Shown piece after piece: positions 11,072 through 19,238 of a DNA stretch of 64,000 nt (its first letter is position 1; each line of letters begins with the position of its first letter). Below the pieces are notes generated by a model. It was not told where the DNA came from, did not search any database, and worked only from the letters and a program-made list of their open reading frames with translations. The position numbers were made by a program, and so were the translations under genes. Origin of the DNA: an uncultured Chloroflexia bacterium (lineage in GTDB: Bacteria > Chloroflexota > Limnocylindria > Limnocylindrales > CSP1-4); assembly GCA_963734535.1 (NCBI GenBank), contig CAVTHS010000002.1:128001-192000 (forward strand), given 5' to 3'.

Positions 11072-11961
11072 CCCGCTCCCGGGTCACCCGGCTCGGCCGC
11101 GGACCCGGCCTCGGAGGCCGTGACCGCGAGCTCGGATTCGAGCTTCTCGCGCATCAGCTCCACGGGCGCGGGCTGCCCGGTCCAGAGCGTGAAGGCCGCC
11201 GCTCCCTGGTGGAGCAGCATGAGCTCGCCGTTCTGGGTCGAGCATCCGGCGGCGGCCGCGTCGATCAGGAGCCGCGTCTGGGGCGGGTTGTAGATCAGGT
11301 CGAGGACGAGCAGGTCGCTCGGCAGCAGCTCGGCCGGGATGGGGCTGACGTCGCCCGCCAGCCCCACCGACGTGGCGTTGACGAGGACGCGGGCCCGGGT
11401 GAGCTCCGCCTCGATGATCGACTCGTGCCAGGGCATCGCGCGCAGCTCCATGTGGGCCGCGCTTCGTCCGAAGAACTTCACCAGCGCCTCGGCCCGATGG
11501 AGATGCCGGTTGAAGACGACGATCCGCTGGAATCCCTCCGTCACCAGGCCGTGAACCACGGCCCGGGCGCCACCGCCCGAACCCAGGACGACGGCCTGGC
11601 GGGGCATCTTCTGCTTGCCGACGAGGCGGTCGAGCGCGACCCGGAAGCCCGGGACATCCGTGTTGTGGCCGACGAGCTTCCGCCCCTCCTTCGTGATCGT
11701 GTTGACCGCACCGGTGGCGTGCGCTTCCTCGGTGAGGCGATCCATCAGCGCGGCGACCTTCTCCTTGTGGGGGATGGTCACGTTCGCACCCAGGAAGTCG
11801 TCTCCGCGCAGCTCCGTCATGGCGTCGGGAAGCTCCGCTGCGGTCCGGTCCCAGAGCTCGTAGGTCGCGGGGATTCCCAGGGAGTCCAGGGCAGCCTGCT
11901 GCATCGCGCCCGAGAGCGAATGGGCCACGGGATGGCCGATGAGCACGATCCGCTTCGTCAT
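11068..11961 (-). CDS. aroE: Shikimate dehydrogenase
   Basis: GHPVAHSLS, GANVTIPHK, GAVNT, NTD, GSGGGARA, NATSVG, DLIYNP. Confidence 0.95.
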   Translation of the reverse strand: MTKRIVLIGHPVAHSLSGAMQQAALDSLGIPATYELWDRTAAELPDAMTELRGDDFLGANVTIPHKEKVAALMDRLTEEAHATGAVNTITKEGRKLVGHNTDVPGFRVALDRLVGKQKMPRQAVVLGSGGGARAVVHGLVTEGFQRIVVFNRHLHRAEALVKFFGRSAAHMELRAMPWHESIIEAELTRARVLVNATSVGLAGDVSPIPAELLPSDLLVLDLIYNPPQTRLLIDAAAAGCSTQNGELMLLHQGAAAFTLWTGQPAPVELMREKLESELAVTASEAGSAAEPGDPGAG

Positions 11962-13307
11962 GCGCGCACCCTTTCCAGCTCGTCGAAGAAGCCCGGGTAG
12001 GAGACGTCGGCGGCGCCGGCGTTCCCGACGAGCGTGTTCCCCTCCGCGATGAGGCCCGCGATGGCGAACGTCATCGCCAGGCGGTGGTCGTCATGGCTGG
12101 CGACCGCAGCGCCCCGGAGCGCCCGGCCACCCTCGATCTCGATCACGTCTCCGTCCGCCCGAATCCGGGCCCCGAGGGCCGCGAGCCCGGCAACGATGCC
12201 TGCGACGCGGTCCGATTCCTTGTGGCGCAGCTCCCCGATGCCGCGAATCCGGCTGCGGCCGGACGCGACCGCGGCAGCGAGGCAGAGGATCGGGATCTCG
12301 TCGATCGCCCCCGCGACATCGGCGGGATCCACGTCGATTCCGTGAAGCGAGCTGCTCCGGACGACGAGATCGGCGATCGGCTCGCCGGACGCGCCGTCCG
12401 CGCCGGTCCCGACCGGCCGTTCTTCGATGTCGGCGCCCATCCGGCGCAACAGGTCGATGATCCCACGCCGCGTCGGGTTCGTCCCGACGTTCCGGATGAG
12501 CAGGTCGGCGTCGGGGTGGATGGCTGCGGCCACCAGCCAGAACGCCGCTCCCGAGACGTCACCCGGCACGCGTTCGTCGAGCGGATGCACCGCTGCCGGC
12601 CCGACGACCTCGTGGATGGCGCTTCCGTCGCCGAGGATGTCCGTGTGGACGGGCACGCCGCGGGCGCGCAGCATCCGCTCGGTGTGGTCGCGGGTCTGGA
12701 GCGCCTCGCGCACGACGGTCGGGCCCGCGGCGGCCAGCCCGGCAAGCAGGACGCACGACTTCACCTGGGCGCTCGGGACCGGAGAGGCGTGCTCGATCGC
12801 GCGGAGCCGTGCCGAACCGGTGATCGCGAACGGCGCCAGCGTGGTGTCGGCTCGCCCGGCGATCGCTGCGCCCATCGCGAGGAGGGGCGCGGCGATCCGT
12901 CCCATCGGCCGGCGCCGGAGCGACTCGTCTCCGTCGAGGATGCCGAACGCGGGCAGGCCGGCCAGGATGCCCGCCACCAGCCGGAACGTGGTGCCGGAGT
13001 TCTGGCAGTCCAGGACCGCGGCCGGCTCGCGGAGCGCCGCGCGGCCCGGTGAGACGACGAGGTAGTCCACGGTGCGAGCGTCACCGCCGAGTCGCGTCAC
13101 GCGCGCTCCCAGCGCCGATGCCACGCCGGCCGTGGCCCGCACGTCTCGCCCGTCACCGGCGCCCGTGATCCGGCTCTCGCCCTGCGCGAGGAGCGCCAGC
13201 AGGAGCGCCCGGTGGCTGATCGACTTGTCGCCGGGCAGCTCGAGCTGGCCCCGCAACCGGCCCGCCGGGCGCACGGTCACCTGGTCCGCGATGGGCGCGT
13301 CGAGCAT
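11958..13307 (-). CDS. aroA: EPSP synthase
   Basis: PGDKSISHR, NSGTT, RRPM, SAQVKS, RDHTERML, KESDR, DHRLAM. Start taken as the ATG at 13307. Confidence 0.95.
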   Translation of the reverse strand: MLDAPIADQVTVRPAGRLRGQLELPGDKSISHRALLLALLAQGESRITGAGDGRDVRATAGVASALGARVTRLGGDARTVDYLVVSPGRAALREPAAVLDCQNSGTTFRLVAGILAGLPAFGILDGDESLRRRPMGRIAAPLLAMGAAIAGRADTTLAPFAITGSARLRAIEHASPVPSAQVKSCVLLAGLAAAGPTVVREALQTRDHTERMLRARGVPVHTDILGDGSAIHEVVGPAAVHPLDERVPGDVSGAAFWLVAAAIHPDADLLIRNVGTNPTRRGIIDLLRRMGADIEERPVGTGADGASGEPIADLVVRSSSLHGIDVDPADVAGAIDEIPILCLAAAVASGRSRIRGIGELRHKESDRVAGIVAGLAALGARIRADGDVIEIEGGRALRGAAVASHDDHRLAMTFAIAGLIAEGNTLVGNAGAADVSYPGFFDELERVRA

Positions 13308-13315
13308 GGCCGCGC

Positions 13316-14380
13316 TCAGCTCGTCGAGCCGGCCGCAGAGATCGCGCCGCCGCGGGGCGCGTGGAGCGGCGCGGCCTGCGCGTGCACGGGCCGGACGGCG
13401 GCGACGAGCGCCGCGAACTGCTCCAGCGTCACGGACTGCTCGCCGTCGGAGAGCGCCTCCTGCGGGCGCGGGTGAACCTCGATGAGGAGGCCGTCGGCGC
13501 CGATCGCGGCCGCTGCCAGCGAGAGTGGTGCCACCAGCCATCGCTTGCCGGTCGCATGGGACGGATCGATGACCACGGGCAGGTGGGTCAGCTCGTGCAT
13601 CAGCGGCACGGCCGCGATATCGAGCGTGTTGCGCGTCGCCGTCTCGAACGTCCGGATGCCGCGCTCGCAGAGGATGACGTTCGGGTTGCCGCTCGACATG
13701 ACGTACTCGGCGGCCATCAGCCACTCCTCGATCGTGCCCGACAGCGCGCGCTTGATGAGGACGGGACGCCCGGTCTTGCCGACGGCCGTCAGCAGCGAGT
13801 AGTTCTGCATGTTGCGTGCACCGATCTGGAGGATGTCGGCGTACTCGGCCACCGGCTCCACCTGGCCGGGCTCCATCACCTCCGTGATCACGGGCAGGCC
13901 CGTCCTCTCGCGAGCCTCGGCCAGGAGCCGCAGGCCGTGAAGGCCCAGGCCCTGGAACGAATAGGGGCTCGTTCGCGGCTTGAACGCGCCGCCCCGCAGC
14001 ACGTCGGCGCCCGCCGCGGCGACCGCGTCGGCCGTCTCGAAGAGCTGCTCCCTGGACTCGACGGCACAGGGCCCGGCCATGATCGCGAGCGAGCCGTCCC
14101 CGATCCGGACGGCGCCAACCTCGACCACGGTGTCCTCGGGATGGAATGCCCGCGAGGTGAGCTTGAAGGGGCGGTTCGAGCGGGTCACGGACGCCACTCC
14201 CGGCAGCGCTCCCAGGCGGGCGCCGAGGCGGTCGAGCCGGGCTCCGCCCTCGCCCAACACGGCGATCACCGTCCCGCGCGAACCCCGGTTCTCGTGGGGC
14301 GTCAGCCCCTCGTCGAGGATCAGGCTGCGAACGGCATTGAGCGCTTCCTCGCTCGCCCCGAGCGACATGACGACGAACAT
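13316..14380 (-). CDS. aroF: DAHP synthase type I-beta with N-terminal regulatory domain
   Basis: [57 protein letters not shown]. Confidence 0.93.
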   Translation of the reverse strand: MFVVMSLGASEEALNAVRSLILDEGLTPHENRGSRGTVIAVLGEGGARLDRLGARLGALPGVASVTRSNRPFKLTSRAFHPEDTVVEVGAVRIGDGSLAIMAGPCAVESREQLFETADAVAAAGADVLRGGAFKPRTSPYSFQGLGLHGLRLLAEARERTGLPVITEVMEPGQVEPVAEYADILQIGARNMQNYSLLTAVGKTGRPVLIKRALSGTIEEWLMAAEYVMSSGNPNVILCERGIRTFETATRNTLDIAAVPLMHELTHLPVVIDPSHATGKRWLVAPLSLAAAAIGADGLLIEVHPRPQEALSDGEQSVTLEQFAALVAAVRPVHAQAAPLHAPRGGAISAAGSTS

Positions 14381-14430
14381 CTGGCTTCGCCTCGCGTCCC
14401 GATCTTCCCGTGCCGGGCATCCTGCTGGAC

Positions 14431-14463
14431 AAACAAAAAAGCAGAGGCTTGCGACCCCTGCTT
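14431..14463 (-). terminator. Intrinsic terminator (attenuator) upstream of aroF
   Basis: Minus strand reads AAGCAGGGGTC-GCAA-GCCTCTGC-TTTTTTGTTT: a stem with a GNRA loop, then a U-tract. Confidence 0.85.
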
Positions 14464-14508
14464 CCACCCGGCACGAGCCGTGCCTCGGAGCCTACGCCCC
14501 GCGGACGG

Positions 14509-14547
14509 TCATGCCGGGTCCATAAAGAAGAAGTGGTGCGCCTGCAC
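14509..14547 (-). CDS. Putative 12-aa Phe-rich leader peptide MQAHHFFFMDPA
   Basis: GTG CAG GCG CAC CAC TTC TTC TTT ATG GAC CCG GCA TGA, lying between a promoter and the terminator. Confidence 0.75.
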   Translation of the reverse strand: MQAHHFFFMDPA

Positions 14548-14556
14548 GGTGCCCGG

Positions 14557-14586
14557 ACGATAGCGGCCGCCGGCGGACCCTGTCAA
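14557..14586 (-). promoter_or_regulatory. Sigma70-type promoter of the aro operon
   Basis: Minus strand TTGACA-18 nt-TATCGT, 9 nt before the leader GTG. Confidence 0.65.
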
Positions 14587-14673
14587 CGCGCCGACCGATC
14601 GCGTCGCGGCGCACTCGGACTCCGCCGGCCCGGCTGCACCTCGGCGTCTGCTAGAATCCGCCGGCCGTGGCCC

Positions 14674-14765
14674 GGAGAGGTCGCATAGAGGCCTAGTGCA
14701 GCGGTTTGCTAAACCGCCATGTGGGGTAACCTGCATCGAGGGTTCGAATCCCTCCCTCTCCGCCA
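14674..14765 (+). tRNA. tRNA-Ser(GCT)
   Basis: Cloverleaf with long variable arm, GCGGT-TTGCTAA-ACCGC and encoded CCA. Upstream extended -10 TGCTAGAAT. Confidence 0.95.
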
Positions 14766-14773
14766 CCTCTCGT

Positions 14774-14849
14774 GCGCCCGTAGCTCAGTGGATAGAGCGC
14801 CAGGTTGCGGACCTGGAGGTCGTGGGTTCGAGTCCCGCCGGGCGCGCCA
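14774..14849 (+). tRNA. tRNA-Arg(GCG)
   Basis: 76-nt cloverleaf with anticodon arm CCAGG-TTGCGGA-CCTGG and CCA end. Confidence 0.92.
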
Positions 14850-14952
14850 CGCGCCTCCCCGTGGCCTCCAGGGCCCCCGGGTGACGACATCGCGCGCCCC
14901 CAGCCCGCCGATCGGCGCCTCAGTGCGCCATCCCGGCCGATCTCCAGCCGGC

Positions 14953-16239
14953 TCAGCGATGCAGGTTTCCCGCCGCCACGAAGCTCAGGCCGTGCTCGGT
15001 CAGGGCGCGCGCCGTGTGGTTCGTCGCGTCGAGCTTGTCCATGAAGTTGAGGGCGAGGTTCTCCCAGTCCCCGCTCTCGACGACCTCGGACTCCGCCCGG
15101 AAGTAGTCCAGGATGTCGGAAGGGTGCGCCCGGGCCCCGTCGACCGCCGGGTCGCCGCCCTCGTGCTTGGCCGAGATGTTGGGCACGTGGCCGGCCAACG
15201 CCATGAGCTCCTCGCGCCGGTCGTACGGCTGGAGGACGATGCTCTTGAACGTCTCGGTGATGTGGTGCTCGAAGCGGATCGCGTCCTCGAAGCCGAGCGC
15301 CCGCCGGATCTCGGCCGTGATCTCGAGCGTCTCGTTGTTCGTCGAGTTGCCCCAGTTGAAGCCGACGAGCGGCGACGTGCCGTCATCGCGGGCGAACAGC
15401 TTCGCCCCGACCATGGTCCACATCCCGGCATACGGGTTGTCGTTGCCCATGAAGACCGAGATCTTGAACTCGATGTCCACCCCCAGGCGGTGGAGGAGGT
15501 AGCCCGCCAGCACGGTCCCCGGGTTGATGTTGAGGACCTGGCGCACCCCGTACTCGGTGTAGTAGTGGAGGAACTCGTCGAGCCACAGGAGCACGTGATT
15601 GTTCGGCTGGCCGATCCCGCCGAAATACCCCGTGATCGTGGCGGGACCGCCGAGGTGGACGTTCGATCCGTCGGTGCCCTTCGTGTCGAGCGTCTCGACA
15701 TAGCTCGAGCCGATGATCTGCATGGCCGCCGCAATCGCCGGGAGGTCGCCCTCCGCCTCCTGCTCCTTCATGCGGCGGACCTGGATCCAGCGAGCCGGCA
15801 TGAGCGAGCGCTCCGCGATCGTCTTCCGGGCGGCCGCGATGACCCACGGGAAGTACTGGAGAGCGCTGACCTCGAGCGTCACCGCCATGTCGTCCGCGAA
15901 CGTCATCGAATCCGCGCGCGTGCCGAGGACGCTCCTGCGGAAGTCGGCGACGCCGACGAAGGCACCCCGGTCACGCTCCGCGGCGAGCCATTCGAGGTCC
16001 GCGAGGTATGCCGGGTGGTCGTTCCGGACGCGCTCGATGAGGGCCGGCAGCTGGCCCGCGATCCGCGCCCGGCGATTGATCTCCTCGGGTGTGCCGTACC
16101 TGGCGACGACGGCCAGGATGTCGTTGACGACCCGCGAATCCGGGTCGACCAGGAACGCGTTGAGCTCGTCGAGCCGTTCGGTCGGGATCGCGAGCCTCTG
16201 GCGGAGGTCGGCCCCGACCTCGATCACCGCGCTGGTCAT
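14953..16239 (-). CDS. Uncharacterised 428-aa enzyme-like protein coupled to panB
   Basis: ATG overlaps the panB stop (ATGA). Globular composition, e.g. ETLDTKGTDGSNVHLGG, EFKISVFMGNDN, RFEHHITE, SAKHEGGD. Confidence 0.85.
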   Translation of the reverse strand: MTSAVIEVGADLRQRLAIPTERLDELNAFLVDPDSRVVNDILAVVARYGTPEEINRRARIAGQLPALIERVRNDHPAYLADLEWLAAERDRGAFVGVADFRRSVLGTRADSMTFADDMAVTLEVSALQYFPWVIAAARKTIAERSLMPARWIQVRRMKEQEAEGDLPAIAAAMQIIGSSYVETLDTKGTDGSNVHLGGPATITGYFGGIGQPNNHVLLWLDEFLHYYTEYGVRQVLNINPGTVLAGYLLHRLGVDIEFKISVFMGNDNPYAGMWTMVGAKLFARDDGTSPLVGFNWGNSTNNETLEITAEIRRALGFEDAIRFEHHITETFKSIVLQPYDRREELMALAGHVPNISAKHEGGDPAVDGARAHPSDILDYFRAESEVVESGDWENLALNFMDKLDATNHTARALTEHGLSFVAAGNLHR

Positions 16240-17090
16240 CCGAGCAGCCTCGCGAGCTCGTCGTATTCCTCGTCCTTCATCCCGAACCAGTTCTCCGGCT
16301 GGGGGAACGTCCGCTCGGTCACCTCGCGGACGTAGCCCGCGAGGCCCTCGCGAATCACGGCCCCGGCGTCGGCGAAGACCTTCGCCATCCGCGGCGTGAA
16401 CTTCGGGTAGAGCGCGAACGCGTCGTGGTAGATGAGCAGCTGGCCGTGGGCGTCGGGCCCCGAGCCCAGGCTCATGATGATGCAGTGCTGCGCCCGCTCG
16501 GTGATGAGCCGGCAGACACGGTCGGGGACGAGCTCCAGCAGGATGCAGAACGCCCCCGCCTCCTCGAGGGCCCGCGCGTCGTCGACGATCTTCTTCGCCT
16601 GTGCCGCGCCCTTGCCCTGGAGACGGAAGCCGCCGAGCGCGCTCACGCTCTGCGGGGTCAGGCCAAGGTGGCCGATGACCGGGATGCCGGCCCGCGCGAT
16701 TCCCGCGACGCGATCCGCCATCTCCGCGCCGCCTTCGAGCTTGACCGCATCGCAGCCCGCCTCGGCCATGAAGCGGCCCGCATTGCGGATCGCGCTCTCG
16801 ACGCTCGGCTGGTAGCTCATGTACGGCATGTCGCCGACCAGCCAGGCCGTCGGCGCCCCGCGGCGCACGGCCGCCGAGTGCCGGATCATGTCGTCCATCG
16901 TCACGGGCAGGGTGCTGTCGAAGCCGAGCATCGTCATGCCCAGGCTGTCCCCCACGAGGATCATGTCGATGCCCGCCTGTTCCTGCAGGTGGGCGGTCGG
17001 GTAGTCGTAGCAGGTCAGCCACGTGATCGGCGTGCCCTCCGCCACCTTCGCGAACAGCGCGGGCAGGGTGACCTTCTTCCGATCCGCCAC
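16236..17090 (-). CDS. panB: 3-methyl-2-oxobutanoate hydroxymethyltransferase
   Basis: TCYD, ILVGDSLG, GDMPY, VKLEGG, GHLGLTPQ. GGAGG precedes the GTG. Confidence 0.92.
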   Translation of the reverse strand: MADRKKVTLPALFAKVAEGTPITWLTCYDYPTAHLQEQAGIDMILVGDSLGMTMLGFDSTLPVTMDDMIRHSAAVRRGAPTAWLVGDMPYMSYQPSVESAIRNAGRFMAEAGCDAVKLEGGAEMADRVAGIARAGIPVIGHLGLTPQSVSALGGFRLQGKGAAQAKKIVDDARALEEAGAFCILLELVPDRVCRLITERAQHCIIMSLGSGPDAHGQLLIYHDAFALYPKFTPRMAKVFADAGAVIREGLAGYVREVTERTFPQPENWFGMKDEEYDELARLLG

Positions 17091-17193
17091 CGTGGCCTCC
17101 TCTCGTGGACGGCCGCGGCGCGGCAACGTCCAGCCGCATCATTCCGGGCCCGCCAGGGTCCGGGGAAGTGCCGTTCCGCCTACACTGCCGCCC

Positions 17194-18090
17194 ATGTCGG
17201 AACGAACCCAACCCCGGATCGGCGTCGTCGGCCTCGGCACCATGGGCGGCGCCATGGCCGCCAACCTGGCCCGGGCCGGGTTCCCGCTCGCCGCCTGGAA
17301 CCGGACCCCGGGGCGCTCGCACGAGCTCGAAGCGCTGGGCATCGACATCGCCGCGACGCCGCGGGCCCTCGCCTCGACGGCCGACATCGTGCTGGTCTGC
17401 GTCTCCGACACGCCAGACGTCGAGGCCGTCCTCTTCGGCCCGGAGGGCGTCGCCGAGGGTGCGGCGCCCGGGTCCCTCGTCATCGACTGCTCCACGATCG
17501 ATCCCGCCGGCAGCCGGCGATTCGCGGCTCGCCTCGCCGAGAACGGGATCGGCTTCGTCGACGCACCGGTCACCGGCGGCAGCGAAGGCGCGCGGAACGC
17601 GACGCTCGCGATCCTCGTTGGCGGCGCCCCGGCCGATGTCGAGCGTGCCCGGCCGGTCCTCGCGGCGATCGGCCGGACGATCACGCACCTCGGCCCCGTC
17701 GGGTCCGGCCAGGCGGCGAAGGCCGTCAACCAGGTGATCCTCGCGGCCACCTACCTGGGCGTCGCCGAAGGCCTCGTCCTTGCCCTCAAGGCCGGTCTCG
17801 ACCCGCACCAGGTGGTGGAGGCCCTCTCCGGCGGGGCGGCCCAGAGCTGGGTCCTCGCCAATCGGAGCGGGCGCATGCTCGCCAACGAGTACCCGCTCGG
17901 CTTCAAGGTCGCGCTGCACCTGAAGGACCTCGGGATCGCGCTGGACATCGCCCGCGAATCCGGCGCTGTCCTGCCGATCGCGGGGCTCGTCGCCCAGCTC
18001 GAGGCCGGCCTCGTCGCGACAGGTCATGGAGACGACGACATGTCCGCCCTCGCCCGCGCGATCAGGGGGCTCTCGGGCCTCGAGGCGTGA
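17194..18090 (+). CDS. NAD(P)-dependent beta-hydroxyacid dehydrogenase (MmsB/GarR family)
   Basis: GLGTMGGAMA, DCSTI, DAPVTGG, GSGQAAKAVNQ, KDL. Confidence 0.9.
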   Translation: MSERTQPRIGVVGLGTMGGAMAANLARAGFPLAAWNRTPGRSHELEALGIDIAATPRALASTADIVLVCVSDTPDVEAVLFGPEGVAEGAAPGSLVIDCSTIDPAGSRRFAARLAENGIGFVDAPVTGGSEGARNATLAILVGGAPADVERARPVLAAIGRTITHLGPVGSGQAAKAVNQVILAATYLGVAEGLVLALKAGLDPHQVVEALSGGAAQSWVLANRSGRMLANEYPLGFKVALHLKDLGIALDIARESGAVLPIAGLVAQLEAGLVATGHGDDDMSALARAIRGLSGLEA

Positions 18091-18122
18091 ACGGCACGAC
18101 CGAGGCAGGGTAGGCTGTCGCC

Positions 18123-18563
18123 ATGCACTACGAGCTCTTCATGGGGGCCGCGCTCGCCGAGGCTCGCGCCGCGGTGGAGAAGGGCGAGCGCCCGCGCGGT
18201 GCCGCCGCGGTCCTCGACGAGGCCCTCGTTGCCAGCGGCCACGAGGAGGTGGTCGCGCGCACCGACCCGACCGCGCACGCGATCGTCGTGACCCTTCGCG
18301 AGGCCGCGGGGCGGCTCGGGAAGACGTCGCTGGCCGGCGTCACCGTCTTCGCGGTCGTCGAGCCCTGCGCAATGTGCGTCGGCGCCCTGCTCGAGTCGGA
18401 CGTCGACCGTCTCGTCTACGCGATCCCGAGCCCGTTCGCCGGTGCCGCCGGCTCGGTGATCCAGCTGGCCGATCATCCCGCGCTCTCGCGGCGGATGGAC
18501 CTCGTCTCGGGGATCCTCCGGGCCGACGCCGCCGACCTGATCGCGGTCGCCACCGAAGCCTGA
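18123..18563 (+). CDS. tadA: TadA-like deaminase-fold protein lacking the catalytic Glu
   Basis: FMGAALAEA, DPTAHAI (canonical DPTAHAE), EPCAMC, GAAGS. Synteny with tRNA-Ser-ffs-dnaX. Confidence 0.8.
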   Translation: MHYELFMGAALAEARAAVEKGERPRGAAAVLDEALVASGHEEVVARTDPTAHAIVVTLREAAGRLGKTSLAGVTVFAVVEPCAMCVGALLESDVDRLVYAIPSPFAGAAGSVIQLADHPALSRRMDLVSGILRADAADLIAVATEA

Positions 18564-18674
18564 ATGCCGGTGAGCGGGCGCCAGCCCGCCCCGGCGTTCC
18601 ACGGTCCGCCCCGCTATCCCGCGAGCGATTCGTGCCCGACCCCCCGGCCCTCTGCCTTTGGTATCCTCTCGAGC

Positions 18675-18760
<86 letters not shown>

Positions 18761-18805
18761 CGCCACTCGGACCCGACCTGCCGGTCCCCGCGCCGACGTG
18801 CCCGC

Positions 18806-18893
18806 GGAGAGGTCGCCTAGAGGCCTAGGGCGCCGCACTGGAAATGCGGTATGGGGCAACCCATCGAGGGTTCGAATCCCTCCCTCTCCGCCA
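18806..18893 (+). tRNA. tRNA-Ser(GGA)
   Basis: CCGCA-CTGGAAA-TGCGG, variable arm, CCA. Confidence 0.95.
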
Positions 18894-18931
18894 CACCCCG
18901 GGTCCATCCCAGCCCCCTGCTATGATCCCGA

Positions 18932-19199
18932 TGCCGTGCTAGGCGGGGAACTAGCGGTGCCCTGTACCTGCAATCCGCTCCAGCAGGGCTGAATTCCCTC
19001 CCGAGGTCCTCGTCTTCGAGAGCCGCCGGCGTGAACGGCGCCGAGGATCGGGTCCCGCGCAGCGGCGACACGCGAACCGCGTCAGGTCCGGAAGGAAGCA
19101 GCGCTAAGCGAGGCTCGTCGGGTGCCGCGGCCAGGCCTGGTCTGAGTCGATCACGTCGGTGGGCGCGGGGACGGCTTGATCGACGGAGGGTGCACGGCA
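18932..19199 (+). ncRNA. ffs: Large (Bacillus-type, Alu-containing) SRP RNA
   Basis: 5' GCCGTGCTAGGCGGGG...GCGGTGCCCTGTACCTGCAATCCGCT; helix 8 TCAGGTCCGGAAGGAAGCAGC; ends pair (GCCGTGC/GCACGGC); TGCTATGAT promoter upstream. Confidence 0.93.
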
Positions 19200-19238
19200 A
19201 ATCTTCTTCCTGTTGCCGCGACCCGGATCGGGAGCCCA

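Noticed and set aside
14381-14560. T-box riboswitch upstream of aroF
   Set aside because: No T-box consensus (TGGnACC bulge) and the leader is too short for Stem I. The uORF model fits better.
14953-18027. 1024-aa ORF, and likewise the 838-aa aroA and 572-aa PIN/TRAM ORFs
   Set aside because: Their N-terminal parts are off-frame overlaps of neighbouring genes. Real starts are 16239, 13307 and 36263.
14850-18670. tRNA-anchored genomic island between tRNA-Arg and tRNA-Ser
   Set aside because: No integrase, no clear duplicated tRNA 3' end, and composition like the flanks.
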